Source: Octopus sinensis
Lineage: Eukaryota
DNA length: 64,000 nucleotides
Reading direction: 5' to 3'
NCBI RefSeq assembly: GCF_006345805.1
Contig: NW_021825821.1
Location: 62,001-126,000, forward strand
The stretch's first letter is position 1, and each line of letters opens with the position of its first letter. This document shows positions 12,358 through 26,000 of the stretch, piece after piece. The position numbers and the translations under genes are program-made. The notes under the pieces are model-generated. The model was given only the letters and a program-made list of their open reading frames with translations. It was not told the DNA's origin and searched no databases.

Positions 12358-15300
12358 TTAAACCATTTAAAGATAGATCGATCTCCGCGAAACCAGACGT
12401 GATTTTGTTAATGTCCTCCATAACGACATCCAAAGGTCCTCCAAAAGTAACATCGTCCAAGTACCAAAAATTGACGTTGGACGCAAGGTTGCGTGCAATA
12501 TGGTCAACAGAGAGGGCAAACAGCAATGGCCCCAGAGGGTCGCCCTGCTGAATACCGCATTCAGACATAATGGTTTCGCCATGAAACAGGAGGCAGCTTG
12601 GTGAAGAATACGCAAGATTTACAATTGGCCAGAGCTCTGGGCATCGTTTTGAGACCACCTCGAGCATGTGGACACGACGGACACAATTGAAAGCATTACT
12701 GACATCCAGTTTGACAATAAACTCACAATCGTTGGGTTTAGAATGTAGGAGTTGTCGGGTGCCGTGCGCTAGGATTTCGCAGGCACCCTTAACGCCAACA
12801 CCGTACTAGAAGGGTAAGAACTCCGAACTCAGAGTTGGAACCACCCTGGATGACATGATTTTGGCTGAGAGCCTTCTGAAGACGTTGCCGATAGCAATCG
12901 GTCTTACACCACCCTCGGCTTTCTTCAGGGCAATAAGCCCCGCAGAAAAGAGAAGCTCCCTTGCGACGGCTGGGATCGTGCCCGACACAATGCGCGAACA
13001 AAGACGGGTGATGGAGGATAATAAGTCCCTACCGGAATCGAAGGTTAGGGGTGATACGAGATCCCGGAGATGGATGGGCTTTAAACCGTCTAATCCCCCG
13101 CTGCTGCTGGGAGCAAAAGACCCCAGGGCAGCCGAGACCTCGGCCGGTGTAATCGGGATAGGCGGGACCGTGTCCAAAGTCGGAATTGCTCGAATATCGG
13201 CGGGAGTGCGAGGGTGTTTACTTCGGAGTTGATTTAGGACAGTGTCACACCGAGGAGCCACTGAGGAGTCCGACGAGATTGCACGTACAGCACCGGAGAT
13301 GTCCCCCTGGAGGAGTTTGCTTTGAACTGCTCGATATAGGCGCATTTCTGCTAAACCGCTTTGTTTGGGAGACGACTCATTACTAGACGGAGAACAAGGG
13401 ACGGACAGCCAATCAGAGTTGAATTCTGAATGAACAAAGGATAAACAGCGATCTTTGATCCGCTGTGCGGAAGAAACTTGTTTGGCATCACGTGAGCGAA
13501 TTGATATAGAATTAAGGCAGACAGGGAAGAAACAGAATAACTTGAACCAGGTTCCAAGAGCGTTGGAAGACAGTGCCTGATCGATCAAGACCGAGAGGGA
13601 CTTAGGCACAGTAAGTCTGGCTGATTTTGGAATTCTGGCGGGAATGATTGATTGATTTCGGAAAGCTGATAGGAGTTTAAGAAAACCCAAAAGAGTGGGA
13701 ATGTAAGCGGGAATTGAGGGTGGAAGGTTAGGCTGCTCGGGTAGATTATGCACGAGACATTTTGGGCACTTTCAACATTGGATCATAGCGAAACTGGCCT
13801 CAGAAAGACCGGCGCAGGATAAGTGAAAGTACAGAGAGCAAGAAGAGCACGTGCGGCCCCTCTTACGAGAATTGGATGTTTGACAAGAAAAACAAGATGA
13901 CATGAGAAAAGAAACAATGAATAAATTATTAATAAGATAAAAAGAAAGAGAAAGAGAAGCAAGAAAGGAATAAAAGAGGTAGGAGGGAATGTTGAGTGGA
14001 ATAGAGATAGTTAACGGAATAAATTTAGAACTGATAGGATAACCACAACGAACCAAATAACCTTGAATGGGAGAAACTGAGTTGTGTTACGATTGACGGG
14101 GCAAAGAATATGCCTGGTTCTAAAAAGAGTCTAATTTGGCAAATAACTAATAAATTGGAGAAATCACATATTTCAAACACTCTATTCATTCATTGCATCC
14201 TATATCAGCACGCACTATGTGCAAAGGATGTGTGTTGAATTCAGTTATTCGCATTATAAACCTTGTTCGAGGGAGCTCACTTAATCACCGTCAGTTAAAA
14301 GTTTTACTTGACGATTTTAAATCTGAATATTTTGACTTAACATATTACACTGTAGTTAGATGGCTTAGCTGTGGTAATGTATTAAATAGATTTTATAAGT
14401 TCCGAATTGAGATTGATATTTTTTTAACCAGTAAAAATAACTATTATCCCGAATTATCAGATCATGCTTGGCTATTAAAATTATCATTTTTGGTTTATGT
14501 TACGACTCACATGAATTTGCTAAATATGAAATTACAAGGAAAGGAAAACTTAATTTGTGATTTCTACAGGATAATTAAAGCATTTCGACAAAAATTGATG
14601 TTATTCGAGTCACAGCTTGGATTACGTCAGTTTTCACACTTTTCATGTTTTAAAAGTTTTTGTGAGGCTAACAGTAATGAGATCGACATTACTTTCCAAA
14701 TTGCAATTATCAAAGAATTACAACATCATTTTTTACATAAATTTTCTGAACTTGACAAAATTGAAAGCGATGTAATTTTGTTGGAAAATCCATTTTCTTG
14801 CAATGTTGAGAATGTTTAACATGAATTACAATTAGAAGTTATTGACTTACAATCAAAAGAACAACTCAAAGATTGTCACAGACGGACCAAACTCGCTGAG
14901 TTCTACGAATATCTCAAGGATGATGAGTTCCCGAGACTAAAGAATTTTGGGATGAAGATGATTTCCATATTTGGCACAACTTACCAATGTGAGCAAATGT
15001 TTTCGAGGAAGAAATATGTTAAGTATGCCCATCGTGCATATTGACTGACGGACATTAAAATCAATGCTTTTCCATGTTATATTTATAAATGATTTCTTGA
15101 TAGAAGTATTTATAGCTTCGACCTTATAGACTCTTATAGATGTAAACAAGCGTATCGGTATTTAATTCGAGGTGAATCAGACTCTTCAAGATTCTCGTTG
15201 CCTTCTTTTTCTTCAGTATGCATCCATTGATCTCCATTGTTGTCAAAAATGAGTTTAGTTTTTGATATATAATTTTCAAAAATATATTTTTCAAAATTAT

Positions 15301-16814
15301 GACGAATTTCATATTTCGGGATTATTGGTGACGATTATTTTATTTTAGTTTAGTGACGCTTTTTTGTTTGACGTCTAAAAAGATTTATTTTAATGGATTA
15401 TTATTGACTTATCCAGGTCGTGTAAACTAATAATTTTATGAATTTCATACACGTTTTTTATTATAAAGAATTTCACTGGGAACGTACAGTACATATTCGA
15501 CGATAAATATATATTTTGTTTAAGGGACCTGGGATATTTAAACATATTCTAGCACTTTTCTGGGTGACTAATTAATAAAAAAGCTTTTTTGTTTGATTCT
15601 ATGCGAATTTTTTGTCTTGTTCTGATTTCTTTACAATACCCGGTTTTGCACTTCTTGATTTTGCTTGACGATCTCTTGACTAAATTAACTAAGTTAAATT
15701 AAAAAATAATTTCTCATAATATTTTACAGAATACATATCATCAGCGTCATTAAATTCAAACAATTGTAAGATATAAGTCTACGAATAAACAAAATATAAG
15801 AGCGTTAGTTAGTGAATCATAATAAATACTGAAAGTCTTGACATTATTAATTTGAGAACGGAAGGATCATCTTTGTATAATAATACTTATAATTATAAAA
15901 TACGAGGTTGACAACTGCATGGAGAAAGCGCCTGGAAAAACCTTTTGGATCGATCGAAGTAAAACAAAAATAGGTAACAGATACTTGGCGCGAGACTTGG
16001 AAAACATTCTGGGGAGTATAAACAACGAGAAGCAATGCACTATGTTTTATTTGAATTCTCAGATTAAAAACTATCAGAAAAAAATGGAAAAAGTAAAAAA
16101 AATCAATTGTATTTTGTTAGAACAACGAAAATAAATATTTGCAAGATCAACTTAAAAAGAAAAAGCAATTCGAACTTAAAGGCGAAAGCATGAAAAAAAA
16201 ACAAGAAAAATTAGAACTAAAAATTCAAAATTTTAATAAATCAAAATAAAACATGAACTAATCCATTAATAAAATTATTTTTTATCTAGGTCGGCGTTTC
16301 ATTGACAAATTTTTTTATCAAAAATACAATTTGTTGATAAATGTTAATATTGATCGCCTACTTCAGACATTAAAGTTACGAGTGAAGAATGATGAATATT
16401 TTTTTGTTTTTTTTAATTATAAAAATAATGTAATCAATTCGTTTCACTAATTAAGACCTCTAATTGAATTTTTATTACTAAGTAAATTTATCCACGTTAA
16501 TCTTTTTTTTGACAGCTGTTTCATATATTAATAATTAATTGATTCAGTTTACTTAAAATGATATATATTTAGATGCAAATACATTAATTTATAATAATAT
16601 TCATGTAATAGAAATAGTTGATGTAAATTCTTGAATGCGAAGTTATTTTTACTTGTGAATTAATTGAGTTTTTGTTTTTTAACAAATAAAAAACGATAAA
16701 AATCTATAAAGTTCAACGCAAAAAAGCGCTTAATTAGTTTTGAGTTGATGGTTTGAATTAATGCATGTAAGCGGCTTTATTATCAAAAAATAGCGCAAAA
16801 ATATATTAATTTTA

Positions 16815-19130
16815 ATGTTCAAACTCCAAAACTCTGAAAATGGTCACTCCGATCAGTTAACAGCGGTAAAAACTGAACATAAAGTTGATGGCAATAATTT
16901 GGACAAAGCAAAAGAACCAGTTCCGACTATTGAATTTTATAAAAACGATCTAAATCCGTTTTCTCCTTATAACTTTGTACAAAACTTGCATCAAATGATG
17001 TGTCTCAACAGTTTCCTGAATCCTTTCCGTGCTACTATGATGAATTCTATGTACCATCAGGAAAATCAAATTAACGATGGCAAACGCAAATCAAATTCAT
17101 CTATTCGTCCAATTTTTAATCAAGAAGCATACTGCGATGAGTGCGACAAGGAGTTTTGTAATAAATATTTTCTTCGAGTGCATATGCAAAACAAGCATGG
17201 ATTAAATCCTTCAAAAGACAAGATCAATTACGAGACTACTGAAACAGAATTACAAGGTTACTTTTTCTTTATTTTATTGTATATGTAAATTTAATATCCA
17301 GAATGCTAAAATAAGCAGCGACATAAGATTTGACTAATTGCAAATTAGTAAAATAATAAGCCAATTGGCAAAAATAATCAAATTAATGAATTATTCAATT
17401 TTATTAATTAGATAATTGTTTTTTTTCTATTGTATTTTTAATTTGTTTTTTTTTCAAATTATCAGTTATTTGTATATTCTTAAAAAATGTAAAATATTTT
17501 TGTCATAAATATTCATCAAAGTGTACTATTGTTTTATCAAGTTATGTCGGTCATAAAATATTGATTTGCGCCTAATTCTTTGCTAAAATTTGTATAATGG
17601 GCTTTAGAGTTCCGTAGAGATTAAAACTAACTTGATATATAAAGTCTCTAAATACTAGTTAATGTTTCATTATTGTATTTATTGATGTATTAAAAATTAA
17701 TGGAATAACTTTAAAAATGAGGATAGTTTTTGTTAATTAGTTCTTTCGCGTAGTATAAATATAGAATAGCCATTTAACTTTTATGTATAAAAATATCTTA
17801 ATGGGTTAAAATATTAATTCTTTAAATGACATCTATCAATAAATAGAAATTAATCAAATATATCTTAATTGAATCATTGATTTTTAAAATCAATTTGTAC
17901 TTTATAGCAGTAACAAAAAAATAATTGTTAACAATAAGTTCAGTTAATTAAATGATTAACTTATTTATGTATTATAATTTAATTTTAGAATCCCGTCAAT
18001 ATATGTATGAAAATAAAGAAACAAATAGTCCAAATTCCCATTTTTTTAACAACGTAAGACTTTAGTTTGTGATATATAAAATATTTTAAACGAATAGTTA
18101 TACTTTTATTTTGAATATTAATTCCTACACTTTTGAGTTTTTTATATTTTATAATTTAGTTGGTTGAATCCAAGCCAATTACAAATAACGAAGATAATGA
18201 TCAAAGTATTTCTAATCAACAGAATAAAACTTGTCTTTTATGTAATCAAGACTTCAAAAACACAGAATTTCTTCAAACTCATTTACAAACTGTGCACTTC
18301 ATTATCCCTGACAAAATAAAAAACTCTCCCTCTAAATCTGCAGATGTTTCGACCATTCAACTATTTAATGACAAATCCATCGATAATAGAGAAAAATTAA
18401 ATTCGATGAGAGTGACTTGTCATATATGCGGGAAAAAGGTTTTTCGTAGTCAATTTAATTATTTTAGGTTTGTAATAAATATTTTTTGCGCACACATCTG
18501 AAAAATAGACATGGAAAACAAGAACAGAAATCCTTTAGTTGCAATGAACCCAAAAGAACTGTACCCAAACTTGAAGAACAGCCAAAACCTCGAATTTTTG
18601 AATTCAATCTTGAAAATTTATTTGATTTTTATTCCGAAAACAAAGTTAAGCACATAAAATCCGAACCCTTTGTGACGATAGATAACAAAGTGGCATCTGG
18701 TATTCTTTAAATATTAATTTTTTAGAAAATTTTTTAATTTTTAGTAAATTATATTATGTGAAGATGGTAAATAATCAAAAACATTATTTTTGTCGAATCT
18801 GTAAGGCAGAGTTTAAATATCTACAAAGAATTATTTATCATTTAACTTCAAAACATAATACTGATTTACGTATAAATTTTTAATCCAATGTAGAAATTGA
18901 AAATTATCAGATTAACCAATCAAAGAAAAAGATTAAAAAAATAAGTGAAAATGGATACCAACCAAAACCGAGAGTGGAAACTTTACAATCATTTATAATT
19001 ATAGAAGACTTGTCTAATCGAATTGTAACCCCTTCAAAAATTAAAATTTTGTTGAAAGAGAAAATCAAATGTCCAATGTACTTTACAATTAAATTACACC
19101 CTTGTGACTAATTTTTTAAAATTAAAATTA
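16815..19130 (+). CDS. Multi-exon C2H2 zinc-finger transcription factor (end approximate)
   Basis: Fingers CDECDKEFCNKYFLRVHMQNKH, CLLCNQDF..LQTHLQTVH, CHICGKK|VCNKYFLRTHLKNRH, CRICKAEF..YHLTSKH. Confidence 0.7.
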
Positions 19131-19139
19131 GTTGTTTTT

Positions 19140-20720
19140 ATTTAGAAAATTAACAGTCATAGGTTTTTAGACACATGTTTTGACAGACTTTGAATATTCT
19201 ATGTACATAATGGAGTTAAGACTCCTATTTTAAACGCATAGTGAGCGAATCAATATAATTATTTCAAATTATTTAATAAACTTGAACCGAGTCAAAATCG
19301 ATGCGAAAATCACCTCACTTTTCAGAATTCGTCAATTTTTGTCTTTTGAACTCTATTTTTCGATAGTCAATTAAAAAGTTTTTACTTTATTTGAATGCAT
19401 GAATAATTCTGACTAAATCAAAAGCTGCCATTTTTATAAAAAGCGAACAATAAAATCGTATTCTAAATTCAAATATTGTTCATGTCATTTGTCCAAAATA
19501 CAAAGTGTAGTATATCTTTAATTAACACTCACTTAAAAATTAGTTATTTGTAGCTTAATTGGTATATTTCTGAATCATTTTTTAGAATCCTACAGATAAG
19601 CTCTATATAACCAATTTTTGTTGATCAATTTGAAAGCTTGCCTTCCATCTCTTAACATTACTTTTCAAAGTAATCCCCAAGCACTCTAGCACATAGAATA
19701 AAAAGTCAATCGAATCCAGAATTCAATACTTTTGTCATCATTCCATGCCGAGTTGATATTGTTTTGATAATATTTATTGATACATTGATTAATAAGGCCT
19801 GTTTTTTTGCATTCTGAAAATTTAACAAAAGGATTCCACAAAGTCCGAAAACTTCATAGTTGACATTTATTTACTATCCTGTATAGATTAGGAATTCACG
19901 TAATTGGACGTAAATCATCTTGGTTTTCACAAGCTTTTTGAAATCAAATATGTAATTCTAGAAAAAACAATGTAATCTGGGATGTAATCTTTTTAGATTG
20001 AATCTTTTTCCATAGAAAGCATTTTTAATAAAAAAGTTTTAAACGCCGCAGGAATCATTTTCCTTTCAGTCAGAGATCTGCTTGATGATAAATTCTCCAC
20101 TAAAGTCGGTCGTCGTAGTTTCACAATCAGTTATTCTTTTCATAATGGCAGCATTGAATTTTGTTTCACCTTTTTCACTACAAACGTTTTTAAAAAGCTA
20201 TCCATTCGAGTCTTTGAAATTCAATTTATTTTGGGATAAAACGAAATAAAACATTTTCAGGTTTAATTTAAAGATTTTTTTATCTTTTTGGAATTCTTTA
20301 CTCATCTTGTGAACAAATATTTGTTTATTTTTAATCCGTATTAAGTCTTAAATTAATGAAAATAATTTTTCTCTTCATCTCAAGAGTTGGTTCTTGAAAC
20401 TCTCTTGGGATATCCTTCACATTCTCAATGTCTATATTTAGTTCATCAAAACAAATTTTTGTTTAGAAATTGACACGCTTAAATTGTTTAAATTTTTTTG
20501 CTCTTGATTAATCTTTCTAGCTTTATTGACTTTTTTTGAATTCATAAGTTTCCTAGCATTACATAGATTCGTGTTATTTGACTGTCATCGTTGTACTTGC
20601 TCATAATAAGCCGAATGTAATCAGCTGAAAGTAAATAGAAGTTTTTGGGCTCTTCTTAACTTCATCAACGAAATCAATTTTCCGTTTTTTGTACACCCTC
20701 ACAGACCAATTTATTGCTTC
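19140..20720 (-). CDS. Probable multi-exon gene, product not identified
   Basis: Short open, higher-GC stretches separated by microintron-like AT segments; no recognised motif. Confidence 0.3.
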
Positions 20721-20948
20721 AAATCTATTAAATAGTTACAGAATTCGCTAGGATGTCAGGGACCGACAGCAACTAGGTAGTATGCATTCAAAAAGGGGTA
20801 TTTCCACAATTCTCGAAACCCATGGGAGAGGACAGTTGAGGTGTACACAGATAAACATGTCTTTAAAACCTTTGAAGAAGTAAAAGCCAAGTTTTTTTAA
20901 AAAAATAAAATTTTCAAGATGGGTAGAGAAAATTTATATTAACAGTTA

Positions 20949-21590
20949 TTAAATAATTTTTTTAATTTGTGCCTGTTGCGAAGACAATTTGAGATCAATT
21001 TTTGCAGTTTTTGAATTTAATTTCACCAAATCTTTATTTTGTTGATCAATCTCATCATTGAGGCCAATAGCAAGTCCCTTTAGACGTCCAATTCCAGAAG
21101 CAATCATTCCGAGGTTATCATCTAAATCTGACGTTCCAGTCGTTTGTATTTGAGGAGGATCATTTTGCACAAAAGAGGATTTACTCTCAGTATTCTTCTG
21201 ATTTACTGTTGTACTTGAAATTTTTGATTTTTTGGGAGAAAAAAAGCTACGAAAAAAACTGTTCATTCCGTTTAAGTTTTTTTGTGATTCATTCAGGTTT
21301 TCGTCCATCATTCCAAGTTTTGCGTCGATATTTCTGAGCTGTTCTCCCTGTTGGCTCAATTGCTGAGAAATAAAAAAAGTCAAGCTAACCTCTGCAGTGG
21401 AGATTCCCACAACCTCACTTTCATTTATAAGCGCAAGTGTACGTTGAGTTGATTCAATTTTTCTTTGATTCATGCTTTTAGCCTGGTCTAAGAGCTCAGA
21501 TCGCCTTGTCTCTGCTTTGGCTTTGTTTGTATTACCAAATTTGTAGTCTTCGTCATCGCTTGAATTTAGAAAAGGATTTTTTGAAGACAT
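20949..21590 (-). CDS. SNAP29: SNAP-29-like Qbc SNARE
   Basis: N-terminal NPF motif, two SNARE helices (QQGEQLRNID; DDNL..I..GIGRLKGLAIGLNDEIDQQN); in-frame 27-nt intron 21363-21389. Confidence 0.85.
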   Translation of the reverse strand: MSSKNPFLNSSDDEDYKFGNTNKAKAETRRSELLDQAKSMNQRKIESTQRTLALINESEVVGISTAEVSLTFFISQQLSQQGEQLRNIDAKLGMMDENLNESQKNLNGMNSFFRSFFSPKKSKISSTTVNQKNTESKSSFVQNDPPQIQTTGTSDLDDNLGMIASGIGRLKGLAIGLNDEIDQQNKDLVKLNSKTAKIDLKLSSQQAQIKKII

Positions 21591-22179
21591 TCTAAAAATA
21601 TAAAAAAGAATTAACACCACAAAAGGAACGTAAATAAAATTTAAAATATTTATAATTAATTTTAAGTAATGATAAAAAAATTGACTAACTAAAATAATTA
21701 ATAAATCTGTTTTAGAAGTTAGTAAATAAAAAGGTAGAAGATTACTTGATTCAAAAAGGATGTCTATCGGGAAAACCTGAGAAAGATCTTGAGGATTGTC
21801 GGAATCATTTAATTAATTACCCTAATTAATTGTTGGTGATTCTTGGGTTAAATTAAAAAACGGATGTCTATCCTGGGATTTGTGTCAATGAGAAGCACCA
21901 TGGACTTTAAAAAATGGATTTAAAAGAATGTTGGCAGTCTTAAATTTTATAATCAATAAATATTTTAATAAGATCCAAAAAATCTATTATTTTGTGAAAA
22001 AATGTAGGCCATTAGTGGCTTTTACTAAAATAATTACCCACAATTCTCTATGCAAGCGGATGAGGTTTTTTTAGTTAAAACCAATATTGTTAAGAAATTA
22101 ACACCTAATCATTAATTAGTAAATCTATTTTGAAATATCAATTTTATAATGTAACTAGACTGATCCTGGTCTTTTGAAA

Positions 22180-22660
22180 TTTTTATTCTTTTGGGAGAAT
22201 TATCCACCAACTCACTATTTGCACATTCACTTTCATGCTCCGAATCAATAATAATTTGCCTACTTGTTTCATCATGTTGGTCTTCCAAAATTGGTTTTTC
22301 ATTTCAATTACCTGGCTGGTTGCCGTAATGAATTCTTTTTGAGGCATATGAATGCCATGTTTATGCTTCAGTATGGTTTGTCGTGTCTTTTTTTTATCAC
22401 AAGTACCTGAATGTATGTTTTCGTCGAGTCTTGAACAGATAATTTTTCTATATAAGCTTTGTAACACGTTGAAACCCCCTCACCCCCATGTCAGTTGGAA
22501 TAATCCTCCAGGTGGCCCGTAAAGTATCTTAGGTTCTCCAGCTTGAAGATTTTATTTATCTACTTTTTCCACTTCGGTTTGCTTTAAATGGATACAACCC
22601 ACAACTTCGTTGTGCCTTCTTATATAGTCACTGTATAGCATCCTGTTGCATCGCGTAGCC
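22180..22660 (-). mobile_element. R4-like retrotransposon fragments
   Basis: TVDHMATRCNRMLYSDYIRRHNEVVGCIHL, matching 54395-55066. Confidence 0.55.
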
Positions 22661-23059
22661 ATGTGGTCTACTGTCTTCTTAGTTTTTTATTTTAACCAAA
22701 ATCCGGAATTTTTTTTAATTTTTTTGGCAGGAAGGTTTAAAGGATCTCATCATTGAAAATATTCTTGAGGATATTTTTGGAGGACCTCATCATTTTGAGC
22801 TTGTTCCCCATTATTGACAAATTATCTGTACATTGCCAATTTGAAGTTGGTGTGCACACAGGCAGGCACATAGACACACACCATGCCATTTTTTTTGTTA
22901 AGATGAATTTTCGAATTTTCACTCCAAGAATGCCGTTTTTCTCAAAGCAATTATTATTATTAGAACCAAGATCACCGTCCAAAACATAGAACTAATTAAT
23001 CAGGTGATCCCGGCTTCTCTGAGGAGGGTCCTCTCTTTGCCCGGTGCTGCTCCCTAGTC

Positions 23060-26000
23060 CCGACACAATTTCTATGAGGGCGCGGTGGTGGAGTTTTATG
23101 GTCTCCACAGCAATGGGAGTCAGTGATTTTTAATTATTGCGTCTGCTTTCAGTCAATTATCCTTCTCTTCGAGCCCGAGCAAGTGTCTTCGACGGGTACA
23201 CTTATCCATTTCACAGGGCAGGCCACTTTTGTGGTTGTTCTCGAGTCCGATTTAATTGCATGCTTCGCCGCTGTAGCTCGAACCTTTCATATGCTCTCAC
23301 GATCGTCAACCCAGCACTCGGGAAGATAAATAGGTTTAATTTTTATCCAAATCTGATAATGCGTCGAAAACTCGGATTACTTTACAGAAGTCCGGAGTCC
23401 GGGTCTTTCAGACTAAAATTCCTGTGCGCCGAGGATGCAGGTGCATTCAAGACAGAATTCTCAGAAAACTGAAATGTTTGACAAAGGCGTCCATAAAATT
23501 GTCTCAGTAGCAGAGAAGGCCTCTGTCTTGATCCTAAAAGGAATCCTTCACTAGATCTCGACAACGACCCTTTTGAAAGAACCTGCATAAATTGAAAAAA
23601 TCCTGGACATCTGGCGTGTTACGCTGGATGCCCGTCCGCCAAAACCGCGACAGCTGCCAAACAAATTTTAAACAATCCGCCGGCTAGAAACACGTTCCGC
23701 TAGGCAAACGTTGAACTGACAGAATCGGTCTGGATGAAGGAGTCAACCCCTAGTTTATTCAACGTCGAGTTTATTTATTCAGACACTACCAGAACTCAAC
23801 TCCGATATCAACCTGAAACGATAGCTGACATCCGTCCAGTACCAGAGCTGGCCGTGCGACTATCGCCCGCAAGAAAACAAACACCACTTCGCCGCAAAGA
23901 GGTACTCACTCGGATTAGGATCTGCGCATGTCTATTTGGAATTCTTTTGCCGTTGTGTTAGACCACTGACAAAACTGGATGTAAAGCTTGAATTGCTGCA
24001 ACGGCTCCTATTAGAGGGAAGCACCCCAGCAACATAGCTCCTATCAAGATCATCGATGTGAGTGCCCAATCTATCAAGAGACGAAACTGCAATTTCGTTG
24101 AGATGATAAACAGCGGCCGTCTAGACATTTTTGTTGTTACCGAGTTCAAGGTCAAAGAAGATCACTCATATGGAATATCAGGGTACCGGTCTCTGGATCT
24201 TGAATGGGGCAGCAGCTCTATCCGCGGAACCGAGTCAAGCATATTCTATTTTGATAAACTCCAAGTTAGTAACCTCAATTTGTGAACACATATTTTGTGA
24301 ATTCCTATTGCTGGAGTCGAAAACCGAATTTTTCTGGCTAATTCCTCCCTACTGAGAACATCCAATTGACGTCAAAATCCACTCGGTACATCCTATCAAC
24401 GATCAACTGGCCGCAATACAGGAGCTCTTTGAGCGCATTCCTGCACGAATACGGTCACCTGATTAGCTATAGCTTCTTTCTTGATATCGAAACCTCGAGC
24501 GAGGCGTTGACGAACTTTAAGCAACGCTATTTGAACATTCACGCAAACAAGCCACGTGCTGGGACGGGCAGGAGGTTAATCCCAAAACCAAAGTTAAAAA
24601 CTTTCTCAAAGAACGATAAAGTTCGAAGAAAAAACTCAGACGTTGTCTAAACAACATCGACGGGGTCACACATAAAGAAATGATCTGTTTGAGTGGACGA
24701 AAACTTGATTACACGATAAAGCTCGACGTTACAAGCAAACGGCAGAAGACCTACAAAGACCTTGATCGCGCAAGGATCCGAACTTCTTGGCCAGTTTCAA
24801 AAAACTGACAAAGCTCACAGATAAAGCTTCTCCGCCGAGGTTTTGCAACCATTTTGCCATGCCTGCCTCGCCGGAGGAGATTCAAGAGATATTTGCGCAA
24901 CACCTAGCCAAACTCCAAAAGGCGTGTCTGAGAACGTTGCAAGGTGGCAAGTCAGAACCAATGCCGCGGCAATTGTTGTCGGACCATTACTTTTTCACTT
25001 CCGCGGAGGTGACCTGGGCTATTCGTTCTGCAAAAAAAACGCACCGGGCCGCGACAAGCTACAGGTGCGGATGTTTAAAGAAGGCTCCGAAGACTTGCAC
25101 GCGTTTCTGGCGCGCCTGTTCTCGGCAAGTCTGAAATGGGGCCACATATCAAAAGTATGGAAAATCTCTGAGGTCGGGATGGTCAAGAAACCTGCGAAGC
25201 AAATGAATCTAGCTAGCAGCTACCGTCCCATAAGCTTAATCCAAACAATCTCAAGGTTAATAAAAAAATCATGGCCAACCGCCTTTATTTCCTTCCCGAG
25301 GAAAAGAACATGTTGTTCTCACAGTAATGGGGCTGTCGCTCTGGGCGGAGCTGCAGTGACTGTTCCCTAACGGTTCAGTCCATAGCCTCTGGAGCAATAG
25401 AGTTCAAAGAAACTATATCTAGACATTTCAAAGGCAACGCTATTTGACAGTGACTGGCATCGGGACCTATTGAAGAGGATCCAGCTCTGTAAGCCAACAG
25501 GAGAGGTTTTCCCTCGTCCTGGACACCTGATGGACTCATATGCCTTGGAAAACAGCTTTCCAGCTACATTGACGATAAAGCAGTATAAACGACTGTCGCT
25601 GGCCATGGACAAATTTGCCTATCTCCATCAGACTAGAAACCAAGCCCTGGGGGAATTCGGTTAGCCTAACTATATACGCTACCTGGGGCTTACAATCGAT
25701 GCGGGCTACTTTTTGCATAACAAACAAAAAGGGAAAAAGTCATCGCCGCTCTCTGTCTTTTGATAAGTATGCGACTGGACGCGAGTAGCTTCGTGTTCGT
25801 CTTTCATGCAACCATCTTGCCCAGTATGTTGTATGGAATGGAAGCATGGTTCTAGTCAAATCAATACGAGAAAATCCTCCGAAAATGTGAAAAAATACAG
25901 CTCTATGCGCTGAAGCTAGACTATCGGGTAGACCCACGAGGACCAGTCCCAAGCTGGGTCATAACCGAGTCTCCGGAGATACGGCGAGCCATCGAGGGAT

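Larger units (their letters stand above)
9715..14056 (-). mobile_element. CRE-clade retrotransposon, 5'-complete but internally deleted/interrupted: PHD finger - RT - RLE
   Basis: Single frame 13903 to ~12360 with two premature stops; RT motifs RPIAIGNVFRRLSAK, KLDVSNAFN, GIQQGDPLGPLLF, WYLDD; RLE 9773-10440; poly(A) (T-run 9713-9720); 8-bp TSD ataacctt 9707-9714 and 14057-14064. Confidence 0.85.
9514..15060 (+). mobile_element. hAT (GTF2IRD2/Charlie-type) transposon remnant in two pieces (9514-9714 and 14057-15060) split by the CRE insertion
   Basis: Left end cagacgtcaccaaactacggcccgcg; rejoining at the ataacctt repeat restores TTGKDIFDELEQAISDYNLEWEKLSCVTIDGAKNM; further HCILYQHALCAK, VRWLSCG, LQGKENLI, FGTTYQCEQMFS. 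Confidence 0.75.

Noticed and set aside
15100-16200. Short ORFs that may be exons of one or two small genes
   Set aside because: No identifiable product or consistent splice model
22964-23012. gatcacc/ggtgatc hairpin shared with 37077-37125 as a candidate ribozyme
   Set aside because: No HDV or hammerhead core found; differences between copies are synonymous in one frame, favouring coding conservation
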